A stretch of 64,000 nt of DNA from Candidatus Zixiibacteriota bacterium (lineage in GTDB: Bacteria > Zixibacteria > MSB-5A5 > GN15 > JAAZOE01): NCBI GenBank assembly GCA_043819555.1, contig JBDREQ010000021.1, forward strand, positions 1 to 64,000. Direction: 5' to 3'. The notes beneath the pieces were generated by a model that worked only from the letters and a program-made list of their open reading frames with translations, had not been told where the DNA came from and ran no database searches. Shown in pieces: positions 51,677 through 62,163 of the stretch. A program made the position numbers and the translations under genes. Position 1 is the first letter of the stretch; every line of letters begins with the position of its first letter.

Positions 51677-52114
51677 TTACGATGCGGCTCTAATTGCCGC
51701 CATCATCTTCTGATTTTCCGGCATGCCTTTTTCGGAGAATATAATTTTACGGTCAGGTCCAACGACATAAACCGAACGCTGAATCAGCAATCCCCCCATT
51801 TTGAGAGAGTCGTATCTTTTGGCTATTTTCTTATCCGGATCAGACAAAAGTATAAATCCAAATCCTTTTTTATCGCAATAATTATCGTGGGATTTAACAG
51901 AAGCAGGATTAATCCCAAAAATTTCCGCGTTTAGTTTTTCAAATATTTTTCGATCCGCCTCAAGGGCGGCTAATTGCCTGTTTCAGCCGGGCGTATTATT
52001 TTTCGGATAAAATACAAGAAGGACGAAGGCTTTTCCACTTGAACTCATCGTAAAACTGACACCACCTGAACCGTTGAGTTTGAAATCTGGCGCCTCATCG
52101 CCAACATTAAGCAT
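51677..52114 (-). CDS. selenocysteine-containing peroxiredoxin, BCP/PrxQ family (145 aa, Sec44; not in ORF track)
   Basis: Manual translation MLNVGDEAPDFKL...VFYPKNNTPG-TGA-NRQL...HDNYC...LLSDPD...QRSVYVV. TGA at 51983-51985 occupies the PxxxTxxC position. GAGGAGG RBS and a downstream hairpin. Confidence 0.88.
51955..51969 (-). promoter_or_regulatory. putative bacterial SECIS apical hairpin
   Basis: mRNA CCGCC-CUUGA-GGCGG, separated from the in-frame UGA by 13 nt, with a G in the loop. Confidence 0.65.
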
Positions 52115-52181
52115 TAGACTTCCTCCTCATTGAATATTAATCTTGAGATATTACGTCGCCCGAATAATTAAACGCCAAAAT

Positions 52182-52640
52182 TTATTTTAATTCCGCGAGG
52201 TTTTTAAATAATTCCTCTATATTCGGTTCTTCTTCCAAATCATGATGATCAATATATTTGATGATGCCTTCTCGATCGATAACCAATATCATTCGTTCGG
52301 TATAACCCATGTCGGTTAGGGCGCCGTACCTTTCGGCTACTTCCCCGTGAGGCCAAAAATCTGAAAGAAGAGGATAGTCAATCCCGCCCATAGAATATGC
52401 CCATGATTCATGGCTGGGAACTGAGTCGACCGAAATCGCCAGCACCTGTGCATTTAACGCCTCAAAACGCTTTAATTCTTCCTGATACCCAGGGATTTGA
52501 CCGCTGCATATCGGAGTCCAGTTTAACGGATAAAACGCGAGGACAACGTTTTTTTGTCCCCGGAAATCCGACAAAGTTATTTTTTTACCCAGATGCGATG
52601 GAAGCGTAAAATCAGGAGCCATTTCTCCTACTTTTAACAT
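52182..52640 (-). CDS. peroxiredoxin (AhpE-like, Cys-containing)
   Basis: [22 protein letters not shown] and TER. Confidence 0.92.
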   Translation of the reverse strand: MLKVGEMAPDFTLPSHLGKKITLSDFRGQKNVVLAFYPLNWTPICSGQIPGYQEELKRFEALNAQVLAISVDSVPSHESWAYSMGGIDYPLLSDFWPHGEVAERYGALTDMGYTERMILVIDREGIIKYIDHHDLEEEPNIEELFKNLAELK

Positions 52641-52691
52641 ATGATATTCCCATTTACTCCGATAAATTTATATATCATTTGTTCGGAAGTC

Positions 52692-53189
52692 TCAATCTTC
52701 TAATGGAGCCCCCTCACTAAAACCAAACCAGAAATGTCCACCAGATAAAGATTCACGTTCCGCCTTCAAAGATTCATAATGCCTGAATTCTTCATCGGCC
52801 ATGCCATCGCAAAGCCTTTTAATTTCTTCGTTGGGAGCGTTGGCTGATCCGCTTTTATAATAATTAGTCGCGGCCAGTTCGGCTTCGATAGCCATATCGA
52901 TATATTGCATTTCCGTTAAATTCTCGTTTTCGCGATGTTCGGCAAAGAACTTAGACAATACACTGACACCTTCTTTTGGCAATTCACCTATTTTTTCGCC
53001 ATAAATATCGGCAAACATTTTAATAAGCAAAGCCTCATGATTTAATTCATCCTGTGCCAGATTATTCAGTTTTCGCTTGGCGTCCGGATTGGTGGCTTTA
53101 GCCGACAGAAACTTATAAAATTTCTGGCCATCAATTTCGGCTACGATTGCCTGCTTAATTACATCTTTTGATAGTGCGTCGGATGACAT
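52692..53189 (-). CDS. rubrerythrin/ferritin-like diiron protein
   Basis: AE...FY...DELNH and AE...YY...DEEFRH pairs. Confidence 0.85.
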   Translation of the reverse strand: MSSDALSKDVIKQAIVAEIDGQKFYKFLSAKATNPDAKRKLNNLAQDELNHEALLIKMFADIYGEKIGELPKEGVSVLSKFFAEHRENENLTEMQYIDMAIEAELAATNYYKSGSANAPNEEIKRLCDGMADEEFRHYESLKAERESLSGGHFWFGFSEGAPLED

Positions 53190-53222
53190 AAATAATCCTC
53201 ACATTTCAATTTCTGGAAAAAA

Positions 53223-53387
53223 TCAGGATGTTTTTTCCAATTCAATAAGTTCTTTTCTCAGTTTTTTCAATCGTTTATGATCCTTGGCCTCTTTGCTTTT
53301 GTCGAATAGGCGGCCGAAGTGATTAGTATTAATTTCTTTTTCGAGTTGTTCAATTTCTTTTTTTATCTTTTCAATTTTCTCAGCCAT
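53223..53387 (-). CDS. small Lys/Glu-rich coiled-coil protein (54 aa; not in ORF track)
   Basis: Manual translation MAEKIEKIKKEIEQLEKEINTNHFGRLFDKSKEAKDHKRLKKLRKELIELEKTS*. GGTGG upstream, and it fills the gap between co-oriented genes. Confidence 0.6.
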   Translation of the reverse strand: MAEKIEKIKKEIEQLEKEINTNHFGRLFDKSKEAKDHKRLKKLRKELIELEKTS

Positions 53388-53448
53388 AACAACCACCCGA
53401 TTTATTTTGTAAAGTTTAATTTACTACAATTACACGCCGAAATGCAAA

Positions 53449-54234
53449 TTATTCAATATTTTTTGCGCATCTAAACCCAATATTAAAATCCCTCCAATTG
53501 CCCGGCAAGGCATTTCTGAAAAAAACCCGATTGCAATACGGCCCCGTATGCCACCCTCCGCCGCGAATGACTTTGAACTTGCCTTTTTCCGGGCCGGTCG
53601 GGTTATCATCTGGGCTGAATGAGTAATACGACTCGCTATAATAATCCGATGTCCACTCATTGGCATTCCCGGCCATATCGAAGAGGCCGTAATTATTTGG
53701 CGCGAAACTTCCCACAGGCATCGAACCCTTCGCGACGCCGCTTATCGTATAATTGGCCAGATTCGAATCAATTTCGTCTCCGAATGGATATTTTTTGCAG
53801 ATCAAACCGCCTCTCGCAGAATACTCCCATTCAGCTTCGGTTAAAAGTCTTTTGCCGGCCCATTCAGCATAAGCTCTGGCTTCGGACCAGCTAATTGCTG
53901 TAACCGGGTGATTGGGGTAATTCATACCGCTTCGAAATTCAGCCTTGCCCCAAAATTCCGGCAGATTGGCATCTGCTTCCTGGCAATACTTATAATACTG
54001 AGCATTAGTCACTTCATATTTATCAACATAGAATGAATCGATTGAAACTTCGTGAGAAGGATTATGGTCGCCTTCTGTAGAATCTCCCATAATAAAAATC
54101 CCGCCGGGTACTAAAATCATATCTGGTTCAATTGGAATTTCAGCCAGCGCCTCCGGTTTTTTCTCAATGCAGGAAGTACCTGCAAGTCCCATTAATAGAA
54201 TAAATGCCGAGATAAACCTACTTACAATGCCCAT
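53449..54234 (-). CDS. FGE-sulfatase (SUMF1/EgtB/PvdO-like) domain lipoprotein
   Basis: YEVTN, RLLTEAEWEY, GLFDMAGN, RGGGW and GFRC, with lipobox-like GTSC. Confidence 0.88.
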   Translation of the reverse strand: MGIVSRFISAFILLMGLAGTSCIEKKPEALAEIPIEPDMILVPGGIFIMGDSTEGDHNPSHEVSIDSFYVDKYEVTNAQYYKYCQEADANLPEFWGKAEFRSGMNYPNHPVTAISWSEARAYAEWAGKRLLTEAEWEYSARGGLICKKYPFGDEIDSNLANYTISGVAKGSMPVGSFAPNNYGLFDMAGNANEWTSDYYSESYYSFSPDDNPTGPEKGKFKVIRGGGWHTGPYCNRVFFRNALPGNWRDFNIGFRCAKNIE

Positions 54235-54259
54235 CCCTATTACTCCCGAATCCGAATTA

Positions 54260-55975
54260 TTACGATTTGATCATTGACTTTTGTATTTTCTCCCAGGCGT
54301 CTTTGAGCGTAACGGTTCGGTTAAAAATAAGATTATCAGGTTTCGAATCTATATTATCCACACAAAAATACCCAAGCCGCTCGAATTGCATTCTATCGTC
54401 CGCCTGAGCGGTTGCCAGAGACGGTTCCACGCGGCAATTCTTCATTATTTCCAAAGAATTGCGATTTATCAATTCCGTAAATTCCTTACCCTCCGAATTA
54501 TCGAGAGGATTTTCTTCTGTAAAAAGAGCATCGTAGAGCCTGACTTCGGCCGGAATAGAATGCCTGGCCGAAACCCAGTGCATGGTCGCTTTCACTTTTC
54601 GTCCGTCAGGAGCGTTGCCGCCGCGGGTTTCCGGATCGTAAGTGCAGCGCAATTCGATAATATTTCCCTCGTTGTCTTTGACTGCTTTCTCGCACTTAAT
54701 AAAGTAAGCATAGCGAAGCCGAACCTCCCTCCCTGGCGCCAGGCGGAAAAACTTTTTGGGGGGATCTTCCATGAAATCTTCTCTCTCGATATACAATTCG
54801 CGGGAGAATGGAACTTTGCGGGTTCCGGCCTCGGCATCTTCCGGGTTATTGACGCAGTCCAGTTCCTCGACCTTATCTTCAGGATAATTTTCAATAACTA
54901 CTTTTAACGGACGTAAAACTGCCATCACTCGGGGGGAATGTTTGTTCAAATCTTCACGAAGGAAATATTCGAGTAAAGCCAGATCAACCGTACTCTCCCG
55001 CTTGGCCACCCCGATATGATCGCAAAAGGTTCTGATTGCGTAAGGTGTGTATCCTCTCCGCTTAAGTCCCGCTAAAGTCGGCATGCGGGGGTCGTCCCAG
55101 CCGGATACAATATTGGCTTCCACCAGCTGACGCAGTTTTCTTTTGCTCAAAACTGTATACGAGATATTTAGTCGGGCAAATTCAATTTGCTGGGGATGGC
55201 ATTCGGTATCAAGTTCGTCAAGGAACCAATCGTAGAGCGGGCGATGGTCTTCAAATGATATATCGCACAGAGAATGTGTGATGCCTTCGATAGAGTCCGA
55301 GAGACAGTGGGTGAAATCATACATTGGATAAATGCACCATTTATCTCCGGTTCGATGATGCGAGGCATGCAGGATGCGATATATTACCGGATCGCGCATA
55401 TTCAAATTGCCGGCAGCCATATCGATTTTGGCGCGCAGAGTCCGGGAGCCATTCGGAAATTCACCAGCCCGCATGCGTTCGAAAAGATCGAGATTCTCCT
55501 CAATGGAACGGTCACGGTAAGGACTGTTCTTACCCGGTTCGGTCAAAGTTCCCCGGTACGCCCTAATTTCTTCGGCATTCAAATCGCAGACATAGGCTTT
55601 GCCCATTTTTATAAGTTGAACCGCGAAATCAAATAATTTTTCAAAATAATCAGATGCGAAATGGAGGCGATCTTCCCAATCGAAACCGAGCCATTTGATA
55701 TTATCCTGAATGGCATCAACAAATTTGGTTTCCTCTTTCGTAGGATTGGTATCATCAAATCTCAAATGGGTTATTCCGCTATGTTCCTTAGCCGCACCAA
55801 AATTAAGGCAGATGGATTTGGCGTGTCCGATATGCAAAAAGCCATTAGGTTCCGGTGGAAAACGGGTTATGACTTTACCGCCGTGTTTTCCGCTGGCGAT
55901 ATCATCAGCGATAATTTGCCGGATAAAATCAAGTGATTTTTCATTCGGGTTTTTGGATGGTTTGGGATCATTCAT
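54260..55975 (-). CDS. glnS: glutamine--tRNA ligase
   Basis: [30 protein letters not shown] and QFERLGYF. Confidence 0.97.
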   Translation of the reverse strand: MNDPKPSKNPNEKSLDFIRQIIADDIASGKHGGKVITRFPPEPNGFLHIGHAKSICLNFGAAKEHSGITHLRFDDTNPTKEETKFVDAIQDNIKWLGFDWEDRLHFASDYFEKLFDFAVQLIKMGKAYVCDLNAEEIRAYRGTLTEPGKNSPYRDRSIEENLDLFERMRAGEFPNGSRTLRAKIDMAAGNLNMRDPVIYRILHASHHRTGDKWCIYPMYDFTHCLSDSIEGITHSLCDISFEDHRPLYDWFLDELDTECHPQQIEFARLNISYTVLSKRKLRQLVEANIVSGWDDPRMPTLAGLKRRGYTPYAIRTFCDHIGVAKRESTVDLALLEYFLREDLNKHSPRVMAVLRPLKVVIENYPEDKVEELDCVNNPEDAEAGTRKVPFSRELYIEREDFMEDPPKKFFRLAPGREVRLRYAYFIKCEKAVKDNEGNIIELRCTYDPETRGGNAPDGRKVKATMHWVSARHSIPAEVRLYDALFTEENPLDNSEGKEFTELINRNSLEIMKNCRVEPSLATAQADDRMQFERLGYFCVDNIDSKPDNLIFNRTVTLKDAWEKIQKSMIKS

Positions 55976-57416
55976 GGTTCAACCTATCCTTGATATACTG
56001 AGCCGCTTTTCTCATCCGCTCGACAACCTCCTGGTGTCCGATAAGAGCCAGAAGGGCATACAGGCTCGGGCCGGTGGTCATTCCGGTCACGGCCAGACGA
56101 GTGGGATGAATTAGCTGTCCGGTTTTTATTTCTAATTCTTCGGCATAACCCTTGAGCGAGTTCTCAAGATTATCATGATTAAAATCTTTTATATTTTCAA
56201 ATCTAAATGCCAGTTCTTCAAGCCTGTCGGCATTATCGGAATTGAAATGCTTTTTGGCGCCATCTTCTTCGTAAGAATGCGGGGCTTCAAAAAAATAACG
56301 GCCGCGTTCGACAAGGTCATCCAATACCGAGGCACGGTCCTTAAGAAGTTCAATAACTTCCATCAAGTATTGCCAACGCGTTTCGAGACCGTATTTAGTG
56401 TAAACTCCGGCTTCAACCATCATCGGCGCGAGAAGAGTCGCCAGGTCGTGATTTGTTTTTTTGCGAATATGCTCGGAATTGAAATGTTTCATCTTTACAG
56501 GATCGAAGATCGCGTTCGATTTATTGAATCCTTCAATTGAGAAATTATCTATCAATTCAGGTATAGTGAAAATCTCGCGATCATCTTTGGGCGACCATCC
56601 AAGCATCGACAGGTAATTAACTACCGCTTCGGGCAGAAAACCTTCTTTGGCGTAGTCTGAGGCATTGGCGGCTTTATCCCGTTTTGATATTTTCTTTTTT
56701 TTCTCATCAAAGATTAAAGGCAAATGGCCCATGCGCGGTACCGGAAAACCGAGAGAATTATAAATCAGAATTTGTTTGAAACTATTAGTCTGATGATCGT
56801 TCCCGCGCAAAATATCGGTGATACCCATTTCATGATCGTCAACAACCACGACGAAATTATAAAGGGGGCGGCCGTCATTACGACACACGACAAAATCCTC
56901 GATATCTTTATTCTGGCGCACCATCTTGCCGTACACCAGGTCATCGAATTCTGTTTCACCTTCGGGTACTTTTATTCTTATTACAAACTGCTTGCCTTCA
57001 TCAAGGTTTTTATCTATTTCTTCTTTGCTAAGCCTCAGGCAAGTACGGTCGTATCTATAATCAGCCTTTTCTGCTTTAGCCTTTTCACGTTTGGCGGCCA
57101 GTTCTTCGGATGTACAGAAACAGCGGTAAGCATTACCCGAGGCAAGCAATTTCTCCAGATATCGTTGATAAAGTTCACCTCTCTGAGATTGGAAATAAGG
57201 GCCTTCATCCCAGTCAAGGCCCAGCCATTTCATTGAATCAAGAATGGCATCAACCATATCTGCCGAAGAGCGGGAAGCGTCGGTGTCTTCTATCCGCAGG
57301 ATAAATTTGCCGCCCGTATGTCGTGCATAGAGCCAGTTGACAATTGCCGTCCGTGCTGTCCCGACATGAAGAAAACCTGACGGCGACGGCGCAATACGAG
57401 TTCTTATTTCAGACAT
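55968..57416 (-). CDS. gltX: glutamate--tRNA ligase
   Basis: [20 protein letters not shown] and KISKR. Confidence 0.97.
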   Translation of the reverse strand: MSEIRTRIAPSPSGFLHVGTARTAIVNWLYARHTGGKFILRIEDTDASRSSADMVDAILDSMKWLGLDWDEGPYFQSQRGELYQRYLEKLLASGNAYRCFCTSEELAAKREKAKAEKADYRYDRTCLRLSKEEIDKNLDEGKQFVIRIKVPEGETEFDDLVYGKMVRQNKDIEDFVVCRNDGRPLYNFVVVVDDHEMGITDILRGNDHQTNSFKQILIYNSLGFPVPRMGHLPLIFDEKKKKISKRDKAANASDYAKEGFLPEAVVNYLSMLGWSPKDDREIFTIPELIDNFSIEGFNKSNAIFDPVKMKHFNSEHIRKKTNHDLATLLAPMMVEAGVYTKYGLETRWQYLMEVIELLKDRASVLDDLVERGRYFFEAPHSYEEDGAKKHFNSDNADRLEELAFRFENIKDFNHDNLENSLKGYAEELEIKTGQLIHPTRLAVTGMTTGPSLYALLALIGHQEVVERMRKAAQYIKDRLNHE

Positions 57417-57506
57417 CTCTATCCTTTAACAAAGCCATAAACACCGGTGAAAATATCGGAACAATATAAAAATGAACCGCATGAGCTACAAGATATTTTT
57501 GATCCA

Positions 57507-59621
57507 TCAATCCTTTTTCAGCAGGAAGCGGGCGTCAACCGCTTTGCAGCAATTCTTTTCCGCTGAAGCTATGAATGGATTTATATCAACTTCAACAAAA
57601 TCACTAAAATCAGTGATTAGTTGTGATAATCGAAGCAATGATTCCTTCAACAATTCCAAATCAACCGGTTTAGAGCCTCTGAATCCGGTCAGAAGAGGAT
57701 ATGATTTTAAACTTTTAATCATGCTTTCAGCGCCGACATCGGTCAATGGAGTAATCCGGAAAGAAACATCTTTCATTATTTCAATATAGATGCCTCCCAG
57801 GCCAAACATGATAAGCGGGCCGAATGAAGGATCAACACTCATGCCCATAACGGTTTCGATCCCCCCCGATACCATCGATTGAATTCCGACCGTGAATTTC
57901 TCACCTCTTTTAATGGGACCAATTTTCTTTTTTAGGCCGGTGAAAGCGCTCTTTAATTCTTTATCGCTCCTGATATCAACAGTTACGGCGCGAGCCTCGG
58001 TTTTATGTAGAATTTCGGGAGTATTCAGCTTTATGACGACCGGGTACCCGATTTTTTTCGCTACTTCCACTGCCTGTTTCACATTTGATGCGATTGTATA
58101 TGGGGCAATCGGGATGCCGTAGGCCCGCAGGATATCAAGGGCATCATTGCCGACAATAGCGGCATTACCTGCTTTTTTATTGTTTTTAATGATGGTTTCG
58201 ACTTTTCCTTTATCTACATCAAAAGTCACGAACTTCCCGCGTTTGCGATGCAGGTATTCACGATACGTATCAATACACTTGAGCGCTTTAGCTATAGCTT
58301 CGGGAAAGATATAAACAGGAATACCGTTCTCCTGAAGCTTAACCATGCCCGGAGAGCGAAATCCAACGCCCATGAAACATACGAAAAACGGCTTTTTGGA
58401 TTTCTCCTTGGCGTCAATTATCGATTGGGCGACTTCAAGCTCATCGACTGTTATCGGCTGGACAAAAATCGGGATGATTGAATCATAGGTTTTATCCCTG
58501 CTGACTGCCTCAAGGGCCAATTTGAATTCTTCCTTACCGGCTCCGGCCACGAGGTCAAGAGGATTATTCAAAGACACTTCCTCGGGCAGGAACTTTTTCA
58601 ACTCTTTTTTTATTTTGGCCGGTAAGGGCGGCATTTGCATACCCTGCGAGGCGAGGGCATCGGTAGCAAGAATTCCCGGTCCACCGGCGTTGGTAACAAT
58701 TGCGATGCGATTGCCTTTGGGCACCGATTGGCGGCTTAAGGCCATGGCAACATCATATAATTCCTCTATCGAGGTTGTTCGCATAACGCCGCATTGTTTG
58801 AATAGAGCGTCCGAGCCAACGTCGGCTCCAGCCAAAGCCCCGGTATGCGATGAAGCGGCCTTGGCGCCTTGAGTTGTTCGTCCCGATTTAACGGCAACAA
58901 TCGGCTTGACAGAGGTTGTCTGGCGGGCGATTTTAGTAAATCGCACGGGATTACCAAAACTCTCCAGATACATTAAAATCATCTTAGTCCGAGCGTCTTC
59001 GCGCCAGTATTCAACCAGATCATTACCGGTAATATCGGCTTTATTTCCGACCGAACAGAACATAGAGAACCCAAGATTTAATTGCTCCGCCAGATTTAGG
59101 ATGGCTTCGCCCAATGCACCCGATTGGGACACAAAAGAAATATTGCCTTCTTTGGGCCGGGCTTTGCCGAATGTTGCGTTTAGTCTAACATCAGGATCCG
59201 TATTGACGATTCCAAAGCAATTGGGGCCGACCATGCGCATGTCGTTATCGCGGACAACTTTCAGTAATTCGTTTTCGCGCTCAGTACCTTTGCCCCCGAT
59301 TTCACGAAATCCGGCTGAAATTACAATGAGACCCTTGACCCCCTTTTCACCGCACTGTTTGGCGACATCGACGACAAATTCCTTGGGAATAACGATTATA
59401 GCAAGATCAACGGCATCAGGGACGTCAAGAATCGTGGAATAAGCCTTAATGGAGTGAATAACGCCCGCTTTGGGATTAACCGGAAAAATCTTGCCATTAA
59501 ATTCGTAGTCAATCATGTTATGCAAAATCTCTCGGCCGATGGTATTGCGCCTCGAAGAAGCGCCTATTACGGCAATTGAGCGAGGTTTGAATATGCAATC
59601 CAGATTTATCATAAAATCCAC
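57507..59621 (-). CDS. acetate/acyl-CoA ligase (ADP-forming), fused alpha-beta
   Basis: SIAVIGAS, GPNC, SQSGA, AASSHTGAL, HKTE, FGPLIMFGLGG and DINP. Confidence 0.92.
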   Translation of the reverse strand: MDFMINLDCIFKPRSIAVIGASSRRNTIGREILHNMIDYEFNGKIFPVNPKAGVIHSIKAYSTILDVPDAVDLAIIVIPKEFVVDVAKQCGEKGVKGLIVISAGFREIGGKGTERENELLKVVRDNDMRMVGPNCFGIVNTDPDVRLNATFGKARPKEGNISFVSQSGALGEAILNLAEQLNLGFSMFCSVGNKADITGNDLVEYWREDARTKMILMYLESFGNPVRFTKIARQTTSVKPIVAVKSGRTTQGAKAASSHTGALAGADVGSDALFKQCGVMRTTSIEELYDVAMALSRQSVPKGNRIAIVTNAGGPGILATDALASQGMQMPPLPAKIKKELKKFLPEEVSLNNPLDLVAGAGKEEFKLALEAVSRDKTYDSIIPIFVQPITVDELEVAQSIIDAKEKSKKPFFVCFMGVGFRSPGMVKLQENGIPVYIFPEAIAKALKCIDTYREYLHRKRGKFVTFDVDKGKVETIIKNNKKAGNAAIVGNDALDILRAYGIPIAPYTIASNVKQAVEVAKKIGYPVVIKLNTPEILHKTEARAVTVDIRSDKELKSAFTGLKKKIGPIKRGEKFTVGIQSMVSGGIETVMGMSVDPSFGPLIMFGLGGIYIEIMKDVSFRITPLTDVGAESMIKSLKSYPLLTGFRGSKPVDLELLKESLLRLSQLITDFSDFVEVDINPFIASAEKNCCKAVDARFLLKKD

Positions 59622-59679
59622 CCTAATTTATATGTAAAAACTTTATTAGAATCGGCATATTTGACCGCATTTTCAACCA

Positions 59680-59708
59680 ATTATACCCCTGTCTCAAGAT
59701 AATGTCAA
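59680..59708 (-). promoter_or_regulatory. sigma70 promoter of the acyl-CoA ligase gene
   Basis: Exact TTGACA-N17-TATAAT on the minus strand. Confidence 0.8.
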
Positions 59709-59822
59709 TTAAAGTCAAAATAAATTCATTGCCTATTTAAAATATTTTCGTAACTTTTGGCTAACTTGTTTGAAAAAACGTATATATTGTATAAAATGCC
59801 AAACTATAGAAGGGGCCGATTG

Positions 59823-60158
59823 ATGAAATTTGAGCATTACGAAAAAAACGGTGTCGATGTAATTGAAGTTAAAGGCAAGATTATGGGCGGAGATGATTTT
59901 ATCCCTCTGGATGAAAAGCTGTACGCCCTGCTTGGCCGTGGACGAGTCAAAGCGGTTTTGGATTTGTCCGGCTGCGATTGGATTAATTCAACTGGATTAG
60001 GCCGGCTGATTCATCATTCGACCAGTTTTAAAGAGCAAAAGGGCGAATTAAAACTGGCTAACTTGACGGATAAGATCGAAAAAATAATAACCATTACCAG
60101 GCTTTCGGAAGTCTTTGACGTGGCTGATTCGGTCGAAGAAGCGCTCGCCAAGTTTTAG
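59823..60158 (+). CDS. STAS domain anti-sigma factor antagonist
   Basis: LDLSGCDWINSTGLG and ITRL..VF. Confidence 0.9.
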   Translation: MKFEHYEKNGVDVIEVKGKIMGGDDFIPLDEKLYALLGRGRVKAVLDLSGCDWINSTGLGRLIHHSTSFKEQKGELKLANLTDKIEKIITITRLSEVFDVADSVEEALAKF

Positions 60159-60176
60159 TTCTTTTAATGGCATGTT

Positions 60177-60216
60177 AAATAAAGGCGGAAGGCATTAATG
60201 CCTTCTGCCTTTATTT
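60177..60216 (+). terminator. intrinsic terminator after the STAS gene
   Basis: Long stem aaataaaggcggaaggcat/atgccttctgcctttattt. Confidence 0.8.
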
Positions 60217-60390
60217 TGCTATAATTGCATTCGCATTCCGGTCCACATTTTTTTAGGCGGCTATATTGATAAGCGACGGGTGCGAATCCACTTATTAAAT
60301 GCCTGTGCACAGTGGGTGCCCCCGTTTGCCATGAGAATTGACAGGCTGACGTAAAGGGACACATGCCAACCACAGATATTTTGAGGAATT

Positions 60391-60831
60391 ATGAAGAAAA
60401 ATGATGAGCCAATCATTATAGAGCAGATTTTTGACGCGGCGATTGATAAGGTTTGGGGCGCCATAACCGAAATCGATCAAATGCGCCAGTGGTTTTTTGA
60501 CAATATCCCGGAGTTCAAGTCTGAATTGGGATTTAAAACTCAATTTAACGTAGTGAGCGGAGAACGAAATTTCCTGCATAAATGGAAGATTACCGAAGTT
60601 GTGCCGTTTGAAAAAATAACTATAAATTGGAAATTCGATGTTTATCCGGGAGAGGCGTTCGTAATATTTGAATTATCGAAACAAAACGGTTCTACAAGAC
60701 TGACGTTAACTAATACGGTAATTGAAGACTTCCCCGATGATATTCCCGAATTCACACGAGAGAGCTGTATCGCCGGCTGGGAATTCTTTATTCAGAATAA
60801 CCTGAAAGAGTATTTGGAAAGAACGGCGTGA
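60391..60831 (+). CDS. SRPBCC/AHSA1-like domain protein
   Basis: DKVWGAIT...QWF, TRLTL and GWEFF...LKEYLE. Confidence 0.88.
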   Translation: MKKNDEPIIIEQIFDAAIDKVWGAITEIDQMRQWFFDNIPEFKSELGFKTQFNVVSGERNFLHKWKITEVVPFEKITINWKFDVYPGEAFVIFELSKQNGSTRLTLTNTVIEDFPDDIPEFTRESCIAGWEFFIQNNLKEYLERTA

Positions 60832-60948
60832 TGGGATAAATCCAGTAGAGCGCTGCGGATTCTCTTTTATTAAAATTATTAATTTCTATTCTCATCCTCT
60901 AAAATATGTGATGTACATTTGTGCAGTATTACCGTAATTTAAACACGT

Positions 60949-62163
60949 ATGGCGATGTATTTGTACATAGATGTGGACGCTTTTTTGGCGGCAGTGGAGC
61001 AGTCAATCAATAAGCACCTGCGCGGGAAACCGGTGATGGTTGGAGGGCTTAAAAACGAACGGGGAATCGTTTATTGTTCAAGCTATGAAGCCCGCGCCCG
61101 GGGAGTTAAACTGGGGACGAATCTGCGCGAAGCGGCCCGGCTGATTCCTGACGGCACTCTTATTAAGGGCGACTGGCATGTCTATGAACAGTATTCCGAC
61201 CGGCTGATGGATATCCTGAGGGGGTTCACTCCCAAACTGGAACAGATTTCACCCGACGAAGCCTGTCTTGATATTACCGGATTGGAACGATTGTATCCGT
61301 CATGGGTGGAGCTCGCCGAAAAGATCAAGTCTCGAGTCTGGTCGGAGCTGGTTCTTAGCACCTCGGTTGGGGTGGCGTCGTCGCGGGTAGTGGCCAAGAT
61401 CGCGTCGGAGATTATTAAGCCGGATAACTTGACGATTGTCGAACCGGGGACGGAAAAAGAATTTCTCTCTCCCCTGCCAGTCGGGAAAATCCCCGGAATC
61501 GGACGGGTTGGAAAACGGATACTGAGCGAGATGGGAGTCAAGACAATCGGGCAATTGCAGGCAATCCCTGAAAACTACCTGATAACACTGTTTGGGCAGA
61601 ATGGACGCAAATTCGCATCATACGCCATTGGCAAAGACGGACCGCTCATTCGTGATTTTTCGGCGATACGTTCGATCAATCGGGAAACGGGATTGGCCAA
61701 AGATTTCACTGACCGGAAGATCCTGCTGGGGCATTATTATTATCTTCTGGAGCGGGCCTGTCGAAGATTACGCGACATCGGCAAAAAGGCGGGACGGATG
61801 ACCGTCAAATTCCGCTATGCTGATTTTGAAAATATTGAGGGGCATATTTCTGTTTCGCCTCCAACATGGGATGAGAAAATCCTGTATAAGCATGCCAAGC
61901 GAATGTTTACAACAATGTACAAACGCCGCCTGGGGATACGGTTTGTCGGCGTCAATTTGTCGGGTTTGAAAAGTTCGATTTACTCAGAGTCGTTTATTTT
62001 CGACCGCACCGAGAAAAACGAGCGGCTTTTGGGGAGCATCGACGATATCCGTAACCGGTTTGGATTTTTGTCGGTGACAACCGGACGGACACTGACGCTT
62101 GGCAACGAATACATACAAAAGGCGACCGGTTATGAGCTACGCACTCCCGGGTTGTCGAAGTAA
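60949..62163 (+). CDS. dinB: DNA polymerase IV (Y-family)
   Basis: IDVDAF, SYEARARGV, ISPDEACLD, AKIAS...KP and IPGIG. Confidence 0.92.
   Translation: MAMYLYIDVDAFLAAVEQSINKHLRGKPVMVGGLKNERGIVYCSSYEARARGVKLGTNLREAARLIPDGTLIKGDWHVYEQYSDRLMDILRGFTPKLEQISPDEACLDITGLERLYPSWVELAEKIKSRVWSELVLSTSVGVASSRVVAKIASEIIKPDNLTIVEPGTEKEFLSPLPVGKIPGIGRVGKRILSEMGVKTIGQLQAIPENYLITLFGQNGRKFASYAIGKDGPLIRDFSAIRSINRETGLAKDFTDRKILLGHYYYLLERACRRLRDIGKKAGRMTVKFRYADFENIEGHISVSPPTWDEKILYKHAKRMFTTMYKRRLGIRFVGVNLSGLKSSIYSESFIFDRTEKNERLLGSIDDIRNRFGFLSVTTGRTLTLGNEYIQKATGYELRTPGLSK

Noticed and set aside
51518..51934. 138-aa plus-strand ORF in the track
   Set aside because: It is antisense to the Sec peroxiredoxin and overlaps the nadA start. 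The minus-strand gene explains the region.
51983..51985. Genome-wide TGA reassignment to Trp or Gly
   Set aside because: TGA is the normal stop of rnhB, tldD, nadE and others, Trp is encoded by TGG, and this TGA aligns with a catalytic Cys.
53449..54234. True formylglycine-generating enzyme
   Set aside because: It lacks the paired catalytic Cys motif of FGE and there is no sulfatase nearby. It is kept as an FGE-fold protein only.
60270..60330. Weak dyad (gcgacggg...ccact...agtgg...cccgtttgc) as a possible fifth GGTGGCCCA-family copy or riboswitch
   Set aside because: Similarity and pairing are too degenerate to support a call.
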